The notes: generated by a model from the letters alone, not told the origin. Shown: positions 10,213 to 20,124, numbered from the stretch's first letter. The stretch: 64,000 nucleotides of DNA from an uncultured Acidobacteriota bacterium (GCA_963804995.1 CAWDSK010000006.1:384001-448000); one strand, 5' to 3'. Numbers and translations: made by a program.

Positions 10213-11187
10213 ATGAGTCTCGGAACTCAACGGGTGCTAACGGAACTCGCCGAAAAGTTATCCTGGGTTATTCTTCTGGCCTGCCTCAGTGGCGATTGCC
10301 TGGGGGGATGGGTCGTTGCCTCGCCCGGGCCATCGAATGATGAAACCCCGCCTGCCGACCTCCAGGAAGTAAAGACCCTCGCCCGCCAGCACCGCTGGAG
10401 TGAAGCGGCAACTCATGTCGACGCCCTGCTTAAACAACATCCCGATGACCCCCGGCTCTTCTACTGGCGGGGGGTCGCGCGCTTTCAAATGGCAGACAGC
10501 ATCGGGGCCATCATGGCGTTTCGCTCGGCGGAGCGCCTGGGCCTCGACACCGCGGACCTGCACAAGTCACTGGGGTTCGCGTACTGGAAGATTCATCAAT
10601 ATATTCTCTTCGAGCAGCAAATCGAGAAGGCCATCCAGCTCAATCCTTCGGATTATGAATCCTATTATGCACTTGGACGCCATTACCAAAGTATAAGAGA
10701 TGACTGCACAAAGGCGGAGGAATATCTCCACAAAGCGATCCAACTGAAGCCGGATGAGCCGAAGATCATCTTCAGCCTGGCGGTTTGTCAGGAGATGTTG
10801 GGGCACCGCGACGATGCCATGGCGACCTATACCGAGGCCATGCATCTGGTAGAGGCCAAACACGAAATGTACCCATGGCCGTTCCAGGAAATGGCCCGGC
10901 TGCTCCTCTCGCAAGATCCTGAGCAGGCGTTAAAACTGGCGCAGAGGGCGGTGGAATTGGCTCCGCAGTTGGATGCCGCCCACCAGATCCTGGCCAAGGT
11001 TGAGGAGTCGATGGGCAAATACCCTGAAGCCATCGCGGAGCTGCTTACCGTAGCGCGGCTGGATCCTGCGAATCCTTCCCCTCACTACGCCCTCTTCGTG
11101 CTTTATAAGAAGACCCACGATCTGGAAGCAGCCCAGGCCCAGTTGAAGCAGTTCGAAGAACTCAACGCTCTCTATGCGCAACCCTAG
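10213..11187 (+). CDS. Tetratricopeptide repeat protein (start uncertain)
   Basis: Repeated TPR-like units (KAIQLNPSD, KAIQLKPDE, RAVELAPQ, VARLDPAN) and a hydrophobic N-terminal segment. Confidence 0.8.
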   Translation: MSLGTQRVLTELAEKLSWVILLACLSGDCLGGWVVASPGPSNDETPPADLQEVKTLARQHRWSEAATHVDALLKQHPDDPRLFYWRGVARFQMADSIGAIMAFRSAERLGLDTADLHKSLGFAYWKIHQYILFEQQIEKAIQLNPSDYESYYALGRHYQSIRDDCTKAEEYLHKAIQLKPDEPKIIFSLAVCQEMLGHRDDAMATYTEAMHLVEAKHEMYPWPFQEMARLLLSQDPEQALKLAQRAVELAPQLDAAHQILAKVEESMGKYPEAIAELLTVARLDPANPSPHYALFVLYKKTHDLEAAQAQLKQFEELNALYAQP

Positions 11188-11968
11188 GTTTATTGAAATC
11201 GTGTTCGGTTGGAGTATCGTCCTCGCCACGGCGGGATCGAGCGGCACGCCCGGCGCCTTTGCGCAGTTTGGGCCGCTGGTGGACACGATGAATGCTCCCC
11301 AGGCGAAGACCGAGGAGGAGCTTGACCTCTATCTGGAATTAACGGTCAGCACCAACCCACGAGCCAGCGTGGAGATTGCAGAACGTTTCGCCAGGGAATA
11401 CCCAAAATCTGAACTCCTGGGCTTGGTTTATGAGTATGAGATGCAAGCTTGCCAGCGCTTGGATGACTTTGAAGGAACCCTGCGCGCCGGACGAAAGGCT
11501 CTGGAGCTTCTGCCGGATAACGCTGATACGCAACTGACGCTGGCGAGCGTCATCCCCGACCATGCTCAAGGCCGAGCGGACTCGACCAAGTTGTTGCAAG
11601 AGGCTGAGGAATACGCCCGCCGGAGCTTGCGCGAGCTTGCCACAATGCGCATTCCCAAAGAGATTTTGCCCGACCGCTGGAAGACCCTGCGCGGCCAGCT
11701 TGAAGCTCAAGCGCACGAAGCCCTGGGGAAGATTGAAAGAGACAGGGGTAACCTTGAGGGTGCGATCTCGGAATTCGCTTTGGCTGCCTCGCAAAATCCC
11801 GTCCCCCAGGGTACCCAATTCTTGGAGCTCGGCGCCGCTTACTCCCAGGCTCGGCAACCTGAGGAGGCGAAGAAAGCTTTCGAGCGTGCTATAGAACTTG
11901 GCCCGGCCCGTGTCCGCGAGGTGGCTGAGCGCGAATTGGCGAAAGTTACCAGCAACCGCACCCCGTAG
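11174..11968 (+). CDS. Tetratricopeptide repeat protein, secreted
   Basis: Signal-like N-terminus, KALELLPDN, RAIELGP. Overlaps the previous gene's stop. Confidence 0.8.
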   Translation: MRNPRFIEIVFGWSIVLATAGSSGTPGAFAQFGPLVDTMNAPQAKTEEELDLYLELTVSTNPRASVEIAERFAREYPKSELLGLVYEYEMQACQRLDDFEGTLRAGRKALELLPDNADTQLTLASVIPDHAQGRADSTKLLQEAEEYARRSLRELATMRIPKEILPDRWKTLRGQLEAQAHEALGKIERDRGNLEGAISEFALAASQNPVPQGTQFLELGAAYSQARQPEEAKKAFERAIELGPARVREVAERELAKVTSNRTP

Positions 11969-11977
11969 GCTTCCGCC

Positions 11978-13537
11978 TTAGACTTTGTACTCACCACGGT
12001 AGGGCGGGTTCACGTAAGCGTTGGCTTTTTCGAAATTGGTCACGCGCATGTTGGCCGAGTCCCATTCGAGTTTTTCGCCCGCGAAGCGCTGTGCCAGCAC
12101 GCCGAGCAGGAGAGATTCGGTCGGTCCCACCTGGAGCCCGTAATGGGTGGCTGGAGCGGCTCCGCCTTTGACGGCTGCGATCCACTGCTCGATGGCGACG
12201 TCGCGACGTTCATCCTCGCGGGAGCCCCGTTGCCGGGGAGGCAGTTGGTATTTCGTTGACTCCGGGTAGACCCGCGGGTTGGTTCCGTTAAACCCGCCGA
12301 GGATAAATCCCTTGTCGCCAACATAGAGGATGCCCTCGTTCTGCTCGCCCGGATGAAAGTAGTGATCGTCCTCAGGCCTCAACCCGGCGGGACGTGGCGG
12401 CCGTATTGCTCCTTCGTACCAGGTAATGCGCAGGGCAGCCCGGCCGTTGTGCGCCGGGTAATGGAGATGAATCACTGAGGCTTTCGGGTAGCTCTCAGCA
12501 CGCGCCGCGGGAGTGGAGTCCCACCAGCCGGTGGCCGAGGCCTCAACCGCCGTAGGCGCCGTGAGGTCGAGGATCTTGTACAAGCCGGCGAAGCTGTAGG
12601 ACCCCATGTTGCCGATGGCGCCAGTACCGAAGTCCAGCCAGCCGCGCCATTGGAAGGGATGGTAGAGCGGATGGTAGGGACGCATCGGAGCGGGCCCCAC
12701 CCAAAGATCCCAGTCGAGACCCTTGGGAACCGGGGGAGCTTCGTGCGGGCGCTCGATTCCCTGCGGGGTATTGGGGCGGCTCGACCAGTTGTGGACTTCC
12801 CGCACAGTCCCGATGGCGCCATCCGCGATCCAGTCCTGAATGGCCTGGGTGTCCCGCATCGTGGGATTGTTTACGGGCAACGCTCCGACCAGGTTCATCT
12901 GTCGGGCCACGTCCGCCATGCGGCGCGCCTCACCAATATTGTGCGCCATGGGCTTCTGCGACAGGACGTGCTTGTGCTTAAGCAGGGCGGCGATGGAGAT
13001 ACCGGCGTGCCAATGGTCGGGAGTGGCCACGTAGACGGCGTCCACGTCCTTTTCCTTTTCCAGGAGCTCGCGGAAATCGCAGTAGGCAGTGCAGCCCTTG
13101 TAGCTGTGGTTGTTTCGCGAGCTGTAGTACGCCTCCACCATCTTCTTGGCGGGTTCGCGGCCAGCGGCCCCCATGCTGCTTTTCCAGTTGGGAAGGAGCC
13201 ACTTGTCTCCCGCCGCAGCCAACTCCTGCCCCCAGTTTTCGTAGCTAGGGCCCAGCAACCGGCGTTCCTGCTTCAACAGGTCATTCGAGCCATACTCGGC
13301 ATAGTCCTTGCTCATTTCATTTGGGTCCGCGACCGCCACCACCTGGATGTCCGGACGCGCCAGGAGCTCCATGGTAACAACCATTCCCTGGAAGCCCATG
13401 CCGATTGAGGCTATGGTAATCTTGTCGCTCGGCGGGGTGTAACCGCGTCCCCCCAAAACGTGACGGGGAACTATGGTGAATGCCGCCGCGCCCATGAAGG
13501 CCCGGCGCGTAAAGACGTGACTCTTTTCATTGTTCAT
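11978..13537 (-). CDS. Gfo/Idh/MocA family oxidoreductase, Tat-exported
   Basis: TRRAF twin-Arg motif, IASIGMG Rossmann start, DAVYVATPDHWH, QKP, LDWDLWVGPAP, GTGAIGNMG. RBS GGAGG before ATG 13537. Confidence 0.9.
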   Translation of the reverse strand: MNNEKSHVFTRRAFMGAAAFTIVPRHVLGGRGYTPPSDKITIASIGMGFQGMVVTMELLARPDIQVVAVADPNEMSKDYAEYGSNDLLKQERRLLGPSYENWGQELAAAGDKWLLPNWKSSMGAAGREPAKKMVEAYYSSRNNHSYKGCTAYCDFRELLEKEKDVDAVYVATPDHWHAGISIAALLKHKHVLSQKPMAHNIGEARRMADVARQMNLVGALPVNNPTMRDTQAIQDWIADGAIGTVREVHNWSSRPNTPQGIERPHEAPPVPKGLDWDLWVGPAPMRPYHPLYHPFQWRGWLDFGTGAIGNMGSYSFAGLYKILDLTAPTAVEASATGWWDSTPAARAESYPKASVIHLHYPAHNGRAALRITWYEGAIRPPRPAGLRPEDDHYFHPGEQNEGILYVGDKGFILGGFNGTNPRVYPESTKYQLPPRQRGSREDERRDVAIEQWIAAVKGGAAPATHYGLQVGPTESLLLGVLAQRFAGEKLEWDSANMRVTNFEKANAYVNPPYRGEYKV

Positions 13538-13620
13538 TGCATACCTCCGTGCGGCTGAAGAGCCTGCGGAAAAAACCGTTGGCGCTGTCCTTATCAGCAC
13601 CACTCTGGCTTCTTGGTCAG

Positions 13621-13811
13621 CACCACCCCGGCGCTCGGCCCCGATGATCAATTTGGAAAGAACACGCTATCGGGGCTCGGCCCCGATGATCAATTTGGAA
13701 AGAACACGCTATCGGGGCTCGGCGCGCCACCCCTCCTCAACTGAGGAGGGGAGTTCTGCAACAACTCCCCTCCTGATTCAGGAGGGGTGGCGCCGAAGGT
13801 GACGGGGTGGT
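13621..13811. repeat. CCCCTCCT-family REP structure containing a 42-bp tandem duplication
   Basis: Unit GCTCGGCCCCGATGATCAATTTGGAAAGAACACGCTATCGGG at 13633-13674 and 13675-13716, then hairpins CCCCTCCTCAACTGAGGAGGGG and CCCCTCCTGATTCAGGAGGGG, bounded by ACCACCCCG...CGGGGTGGT. Confidence 0.85.
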
Positions 13812-13942
13812 TACAGGGGCGCCCAGAGCGCAACGGTGGAAACCGTACCGCCTGGACCTCCGGTCCGGCCTGCAAGATACACCTGGCCCCAGTTGAATGC
13901 AACTGGCGCAGCAGCACAAAAGTTTTTCGTCGAGGAGGACTT

Positions 13943-15811
13943 ATGCAGAGGCGTAGATTCCTTCAGAGTTCAGCCCTGGGAGCTTCCCTGGTGATGAGCA
14001 ATCTGGGAGGTTCGACCTCAAAGCCCGCAGCCGCCCCAGAGGCGTCATCACCGCAAGCGGCCACCACCCATCAACTGGTTGAAATTCCGGGGAAGAGCTT
14101 CGAGACGACCGACGGACTAACCAGTGTCACGGTAACCGTTACTCTGGGAAAATTCCTCATCTCTCCCACCGAGGTGACGCAGCGCGAGTTCGAAGCCATC
14201 ATGGGGTATAACCCTTCCTTCCACCAGGGTCCCGACCTCCCCGTCGAGACCGTCACCTGGTGGGAGGCGATTCGCTACTGCAACCTGCGTAGCATTAAGG
14301 AGAATCTGGATCCGTGCTACGACCTGGATTCAGGATCCTGTGACCTGGAGCAGAATGGGTACCGCTTGCCCACTGACGCCGAGTGGACCTATGCGGCCGA
14401 TATGGAATCCCAGCCCGCCTCGGCGAGCGTCGCGGGAAACCTGGGATCTTCAGACACCAAGAGTGTCGAGCGCCTACTAGCCGCACTCAAGACCACGGGC
14501 ACCAATCCCGTGGGCAGCTACCCTCCCAATCGTTTTGGCCTCTACGACATGCTCGGCAATGTTTGGGAGTGGTCAAACGACTACTTCAATCCCGTGCGCA
14601 CCATACAAGGCTCATACAACCCGGCCGGCCCCCTGCGAGGGTTGGCGCGCATCATTCGAGGCGGTTCGTTCATGAGCACCACCAGCTCCGACTGGGCGCG
14701 CGGTTATCGATCCTCCCTGGAACCTGAGTATAAGAGCCGTTTCACGGGGTTCCGCGTTTGCCGGACCTTGGAGCCGAAGGCGGCGCTTCCCGCGGCGCAT
14801 CATGACCCCAAGTGGTACGACACGTATCACCAGCCCCCGGCCGGATATGAAAGCGCCACCGGGGATTTGTCCTCGCTGGTTTCGGGGGTCAGTACGGTGG
14901 ACCAATGGGAGACCCGCCGGCGAGAAATCAAAGCGAAATGGCTGAACCTGCTGGGCTCGATGGAAATGAGCCCCCTGGCGCCTCGGACCCGGTGGGTCGA
15001 GACAGTCAACGACCAGAATTACACCGCCAGGCTTATGTACCTTCAAGTCGAGCCGGATTATTGGGAAAAGATTCTGGTGATGATGTCGTGCGAAAGGCTG
15101 AAGAGACCACGCCCTGTGGTTATTGTGCCCTTCTATGATGTTGACACTCCGGCCGCGCGAGACTTATCGGGACGCGACTTCCTGGGAGCGGGTGTCGATT
15201 CCTATGCCTACTCCGCGGTGCAAAAAGGCTACATTGCCGTGGCGATTCGCTGGTGCTTCGAAAGCTATGGTGAGGCCTACAGCGAGGCGGTGGCAAATCT
15301 CAAGCTGCGGCATCCCCACTGCGCGGGCCTCGGGAAGTGGATCTGGGATGCACAGCGGCTGGTCGATTATTTGTACACGCTGCCCGAGGTCGACCGAGAG
15401 CACATCGGAATCATTGGGCATTCGCTCGGCGGGAAGATGGCGCTGTACGCGTCGGCGTTTGATGAGCGGATCACCGCCGTGGTTTCAAATGAGGGCGGCA
15501 TCGGGCTTACTTTCTCAAATTACGAAGACTATTGGTATTTTGGCGACTTCATTCAGAAGCAGGACAAGGCGACGGATCAACATGAACTACTCGGGCTCAT
15601 TGCGCCCAGACCGTTCCTGTTGCTGGGCGGCGATGCCTACGATACGGCTGAGAGTTGGCACTACATCAACGCGGCGCGGCAAGTTTATGATCTCTACCGT
15701 AAGCCCCAGAACCTGGGTTACTTCAATCACCACAAGGGCCACATGCCCACCCCGGAAGCAGTCTGGCGCGCCATGGAGTGGCTGGCGCACTTCCTGGGCC
15801 CACCCCAATAA
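13943..15811 (+). CDS. Tat-exported fusion of FGE-sulfatase (SUMF1-like) domain and alpha/beta hydrolase
   Basis: MQRRRFLQ; YRLPTDAEW, PNRFGLYDMLGNVWEW, RIIRGGSF, TGFRVCR (FGE fold); GHSLGG nucleophile elbow and C-terminal GH. RBS GAGGAGG. Confidence 0.85.
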   Translation: MQRRRFLQSSALGASLVMSNLGGSTSKPAAAPEASSPQAATTHQLVEIPGKSFETTDGLTSVTVTVTLGKFLISPTEVTQREFEAIMGYNPSFHQGPDLPVETVTWWEAIRYCNLRSIKENLDPCYDLDSGSCDLEQNGYRLPTDAEWTYAADMESQPASASVAGNLGSSDTKSVERLLAALKTTGTNPVGSYPPNRFGLYDMLGNVWEWSNDYFNPVRTIQGSYNPAGPLRGLARIIRGGSFMSTTSSDWARGYRSSLEPEYKSRFTGFRVCRTLEPKAALPAAHHDPKWYDTYHQPPAGYESATGDLSSLVSGVSTVDQWETRRREIKAKWLNLLGSMEMSPLAPRTRWVETVNDQNYTARLMYLQVEPDYWEKILVMMSCERLKRPRPVVIVPFYDVDTPAARDLSGRDFLGAGVDSYAYSAVQKGYIAVAIRWCFESYGEAYSEAVANLKLRHPHCAGLGKWIWDAQRLVDYLYTLPEVDREHIGIIGHSLGGKMALYASAFDERITAVVSNEGGIGLTFSNYEDYWYFGDFIQKQDKATDQHELLGLIAPRPFLLLGGDAYDTAESWHYINAARQVYDLYRKPQNLGYFNHHKGHMPTPEAVWRAMEWLAHFLGPPQ

Positions 15812-15965
15812 CGTGTGGGTCTGGATGGGTTGAGGTTTGGCGCCATGCCCCTCAGGTTCGGCCTATTCATTGTTCCCTGTTTCCGTCAGGAGGGACGAGA
15901 AAAACAAATCAGGTCACGCTCGTCGGTCCAAACCCTCTAAGCGCGCCAAAGGGATTCTGCCCCTC

Positions 15966-17178
15966 TCAAGAGCGCCGTCCGCCCTCGCGCAGAATTCCGC
16001 GCAACCGGAAGCCGACAATGCGCTCCTCGCCCGGATACAAATTATAGGAAGCGAGTGAGAGCCCATCCTCGCCGACGTTGACCTCAATCGAGGGATCGCC
16101 GTCACGCAACTGCTGGGCGCAGTCAGCATATTTGAGGTTCAGCCGGTCCTGGGCCCACTGCACACGCAGATAGGGAACCGGGTGTCCGCCAGGGCCGGGG
16201 ACGTAAACCTCAGCCGTGACGGTGGGAATGCCACTGAGGTCGCGGGCGATGCTCTCCACAAAGCCACGCCACAGACGGAGGTCGGCATCGTGATCGCGCT
16301 CGAACGTACTCCTCAACCGCCGCCAGCAGGCCCATCATTTCCTCTTTGCCGACCTTGCACGTCCGGCCAATCGCATCCTCGACGGGATTGTTGTTGAGGA
16401 GGGCGGCCTGAATCAAATCCTTGCGGCCCAGCAGCAAGCCCGAGCTTTGCGGCCCGCGCAATCCCTTGCCACCGCTGAAACCAACCAGATCGAAGCCCTC
16501 GTGTACGATACTGGAAAGATTGGTAGCAGGCGGCAATTCGGCCGCAGCGTCGTTGAACACGGGAATTCCGGCCCGCTTGCCCGCCTCGATGAACTCCTTG
16601 CGCTTGATCGGCCCCTTGTACTCAAAAATGTTGGTGAAGTAGAGCATGGCGGTTTGCGGGCCGATGGCGCGGTGGAGATCGTCCAGGGTCTCAACTTCCA
16701 CGAACTTGACCCCGACGTTTCGGGCAGCGTGATCAAAGCCGTTGCGATGCGCGCGGGGAACGATGACCTCGCTCTTCATGCCGTCAAGGTTGGGGACACG
16801 GCGGATATTCTCGGGGTCGGCGCCGGTGACGCAGGCGGCCGTGGCCAGCATGATCGAGCCAGCGCCCCCGGACGTGACCATCGCCGCCTCGACATCGAGC
16901 ACCTTGGCGATGCGCTCGCCCACGGCTTTTTGCAAATCCTCCAGCCGGACAAAGCTCTGGGCAGCTTCTTGCATGGCGAGGCGGGCTCGCTCCCGCAGTA
17001 GCGAACCCGTCAGGATCGTGTAAGTGCCGGCGGCGTTAATCAAAGGGCGCACACCGAGCTTGCGGTAAATCTCCCCGTGCTCAGCCGCCAATTTCGCAGC
17101 CCGAATATAGCGCGGGCGGAAACCCGCGGCCGCGATCGAGGCCGCGGCGCTACCCCAGAAAAATGTCCGCCGGTTCAT
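15966..17178 (-). CDS. SelA-like PLP-dependent enzyme (DgaE-like), Tat signal; one extra base near 16303 splits the frame
   Basis: NRRTFF, PLINAAGTYT, DAAAE, FSGGKGLRGPQSSG (PLP Lys), IGRTCKVGKEE. The C-terminus RDHDADL...GEERIVG continues in ORF 15966-16316. Confidence 0.82.
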
Positions 17179-17239
17179 GATGTTTCCTTTCTTCGTTGGT
17201 ATTCACAATATCGCCGGCCGCGATTCAGTTTGCCGTATT

Positions 17240-17385
17240 GGCGAGTTTACCTCGCCATATGGCGGCGTAAAGCCGCCGCTACGACAGGCTGCCGCGCGAC
17301 CGCGATTCGATTTGACGTAGCGGCGAGTTTACCTCGCCATATGGCGGCGTCCCGATCAGATCGGGATGAATGCCGCCGCCGCTAC
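17240..17385. repeat. Two copies of the GGCGAGTTTACCTCGCC REP doublet, the second with a nested CCCGATCAGATCGGG palindrome
   Basis: 17240-17282 and 17317-17385. Same family as 27144-27191 and 37683-37730. Confidence 0.85.
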
Positions 17386-17429
17386 GAGAGCAACCAGGAC
17401 CACTACGGGCCGCAAGGCCGTACCGCCGT

Positions 17430-18215
17430 TCAACCCTTGGCGCCCAGTAGATCGTAGACGGGCGGTTTGGGGGCCCAGCGCACAAAGGCCTCCGCGTACT
17501 GCTTGCCGCACTCCAGGCCGCGCCAGCGGTTGCAGACGGTGTAATCGGCAACCAGCCAAGGCTGGGCGGTCAGGGTCTTCAGAGCCTCCACCTTACGATC
17601 GAAGGCCTCGCTAATGTCCACATAGTGGTCGGGCACAAACCCCACCCGTGACGCGGTCCCAATCGTCGGCTCAAAGAAGTGGATATCCCAGGAGACCCGT
17701 GCCAACTGCGCCGCTTCCACCACGCTGCGCGATGTCCGCCAGTGGGTGGGATAGGTCAGTTCGTCTTTCCAATGAGTCAGGATCAGGTCAGGTTTGAAGT
17801 CCGCCATCTCCTGGGCCAGCATCTCCATACGCTCCGGCGTCATCCGCAGCGGACCGTCGCCGAACGCGAACATTTTCCCTTCGGCGCCAATCACTTCGGC
17901 GCAGGCAAAAGCTTCTTTTTCGCGCATCCGCCGGACTTCCTCCACCGAGATATCTGGCCGTTGCTTGTACAGGAAAGCGCTCTCGTCCGTCTCGCCCTGA
18001 GTAAGCCAGATGACCTTCACCTTGGAACCGGCGCGAACGTGTTTAATCAAGGTTCCGCCCGCCCGCGAACAAAAATCAGCCGGGTGGGCACTGACGGCCA
18101 GAACCCTCAGGGGGGACGAACCAGGCGGCCTGCCCGCGTCCACCACACTCCGGGCAACGGCCGCAGGCGCGCCCGCCCCCAACGCTGCCGCAAGAACGAA
18201 TTCACGACGCTTCAT
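17430..18215 (-). CDS. PIG-L family protein, GalB (4-oxalomesaconate hydratase)-like motif, Tat-like signal
   Basis: MKRREF, VSAHPADFCSRAGG, LTQGE, PDLILTH, FVPDHYVDIS, YAEAF. RBS GGAGG. Confidence 0.8.
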   Translation of the reverse strand: MKRREFVLAAALGAGAPAAVARSVVDAGRPPGSSPLRVLAVSAHPADFCSRAGGTLIKHVRAGSKVKVIWLTQGETDESAFLYKQRPDISVEEVRRMREKEAFACAEVIGAEGKMFAFGDGPLRMTPERMEMLAQEMADFKPDLILTHWKDELTYPTHWRTSRSVVEAAQLARVSWDIHFFEPTIGTASRVGFVPDHYVDISEAFDRKVEALKTLTAQPWLVADYTVCNRWRGLECGKQYAEAFVRWAPKPPVYDLLGAKG

Positions 18216-18324
18216 GCAGTGTACCTCCAACGGGAACCCGGAATTGACAGGGAAATTTCGATATTTACTATACCTGACTGTTCTTCTAAGAGATTCAATA
18301 TTTAGGCCCTACCCGTCGCACCCT

Positions 18325-18553
18325 CTAGTGTCGTGTCTCAGAAGTTCGCTGATTACCAGAGAACCCCCTCACCCGTCCCGCCCCGGCTGATGGAAACGCC
18401 GGTGGCGGTCCACCCTCTCCCCCAAAGGGGCGAGGGCGACAAATTCAGATTAACTCTCCCCTCGCCCCTTTGGGGGAGAGGGGCCGGGGGGTGAGGGGGT
18501 CGCCTTTGAACCCAGTGAGACTTTTTCGGCGAACTTCTGAGACACGACACTAG
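18325..18553. mobile_element. MITE-like element with 25-bp perfect terminal inverted repeats enclosing a CCCTCTCCC-family REP
   Basis: CTAGTGTCGTGTCTCAGAAGTTCGC...GCGAACTTCTGAGACACGACACTAG, with internal CCCTCTCCCCCAAAGGGGCGAGGG / CCCTCGCCCCTTTGGGGGAGAGGG arms. Confidence 0.8.
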
Positions 18554-18573
18554 CGAAGCGAGAACAAGGTTTG

Positions 18574-19953
18574 CTATTTCGCTGGCGGTTCGGTGGTGCG
18601 AACCTGCTCAACCAGTTCGTGTACCTTTCGAATGATCGTCTCTTCAATGGAGGGCGCGAAAGCGGCGGGCAGGCCGGTATAAATACCCGCTTCGCCCCCT
18701 TCGTAACCTCCTTCTTTAAGAACCCGCAACGAGGGTATGTAAGCGAACGCGGTATCGTTCGAGTAACCCGCCACCCAGAGTTGTTGCCGGCCCAGCTCCT
18801 TCTTCAGCCGCAACGAATAATCCACCACGCACTCGCCGGACAGCGCCACCAGGGTCAGATCCGAACCGAATTGCCAGACTTGGAGCGGGTAGGGGTAATC
18901 ACTCGGCAGGCGCCCATCCCGGTCCAGGAACCTGAGCATCTGCTGCGCGTGCCGCCGGTGGTATTTGTTCGCATCCCCTAATTGCGACTCCAACTCCGCC
19001 CGGGTTGGCGGGGGCGCAAATGCTACAGGGAACTCTTCGTAAGCCGACTTCAGAGGTCCGGCGACTTTTCTCAATGGACCTGCGGCAGTTTTATCAACTG
19101 CCACGGCCAACTCCTCTCCGTGCTGGCGGGCAAGCTCCAAGGTCCCCCGCGGATGCGCATTGGCATCGCCTCCGCAGCCCTGCACAAATAGCGCGGTAGC
19201 TCCGGGGTGGTGTTTTTCCAGCCACTCCTGGGCATAACCGGCATAATCGCCGGCGTACTGATAGAAGTCGTCGGTTAGCGTGGTGTTATGACAGGCATAG
19301 CCAAACACTACGGCTCGAAGCTTCCCTCGCCGTCCTTGGATTTTCAGGAAGGGGACGTCGTGGTCCACCGGACCTTCCTGGTTTGCCCCCGTCCGGCCCT
19401 CTTCCCGCCGGTTTGCCGCAAATTGGGCTGAGGTAATTCCAAAGCCCAGTCGAGCCGGGCCAAGGTTCTGTAACGCCTGGCCTATGACCGCCACGATCTT
19501 ATCCTCCAGTTCGAGAACATAACGATCCACCGCAGCCCATTGCTCGGGAGTCATGTCGTAGGTAATCTCTTCCATATGGTCGGTGACAGGACTGCAATGT
19601 GTGTGCGAGGCGTTCAAGAGCAGGCACCGGCGCGGGATGCCGTACTGCTTTTGGACGCGCTCGGCTATTCTCTTGCTAAGCACACCGGGCAAGTTCTCCA
19701 AGTCGGTTGTGACCATCACGGCCCGATTTCCCGCTTGGTCTTCCAAAGCTAGTGCCTTGGCGTAAAGATCCTGGGCCGTACCTTCGGATGGCTTTGTTCG
19801 GGCAGCAAAGCCAGCCAACCAAAGAGACTCATGGGGCGTGATAACCACCTCAGCTGAGCCTGCCTTCCAGCGCTGAGTAGTGGCGGAAAACGATAGAACA
19901 GGGAGCGTTAGCACGGATACTATCATTACAAATAAGGAAAGCTTCTTAGACAT
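18574..19953 (-). CDS. Neutral/alkaline ceramidase N-terminal-domain family protein (secreted metallo-amidohydrolase-like)
   Basis: Signal peptide, LAGFAAR, DLYAKAL, NASHTHCSP, YACHNT, GDYAG, QGCGGDAN, GYEG. Confidence 0.8.
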   Translation of the reverse strand: MSKKLSLFVMIVSVLTLPVLSFSATTQRWKAGSAEVVITPHESLWLAGFAARTKPSEGTAQDLYAKALALEDQAGNRAVMVTTDLENLPGVLSKRIAERVQKQYGIPRRCLLLNASHTHCSPVTDHMEEITYDMTPEQWAAVDRYVLELEDKIVAVIGQALQNLGPARLGFGITSAQFAANRREEGRTGANQEGPVDHDVPFLKIQGRRGKLRAVVFGYACHNTTLTDDFYQYAGDYAGYAQEWLEKHHPGATALFVQGCGGDANAHPRGTLELARQHGEELAVAVDKTAAGPLRKVAGPLKSAYEEFPVAFAPPPTRAELESQLGDANKYHRRHAQQMLRFLDRDGRLPSDYPYPLQVWQFGSDLTLVALSGECVVDYSLRLKKELGRQQLWVAGYSNDTAFAYIPSLRVLKEGGYEGGEAGIYTGLPAAFAPSIEETIIRKVHELVEQVRTTEPPAK

Positions 19954-20124
19954 ACTCTGCTCCTTGGGTCTTACCTAACGAAACCGGGGGGTCCGCGTAG
20001 CGGAAGAGGCCCCACGTTTTGCGGGTGGCCCTGAGGGGATCCTGACTTTCAGCGAATAGACACCATCAGCAGGAGCTTTTTCCCTTTTCCCTTTTGGTTT
20101 TTTGGCACGGCTTCGCGGCTCGAA

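Noticed and set aside
13633..13716. 42-bp direct repeat as a mini CRISPR array
   Set aside because: The two units are identical and contiguous, with no unique spacers, and they sit inside a REP structure far from cas3.
15966..17178. selA (selenocysteine synthase) call
   Set aside because: It has a Tat-like signal, lacks the SelA N-terminal domain and has no selB/selC nearby. SelA-like family only.
18244..18271. Plus-strand TTGACA-16-TACTAT promoter
   Set aside because: It points into the MITE and antisense to the flanking genes. It cannot be told from chance or from the overlapping minus-strand promoter without TSS data.
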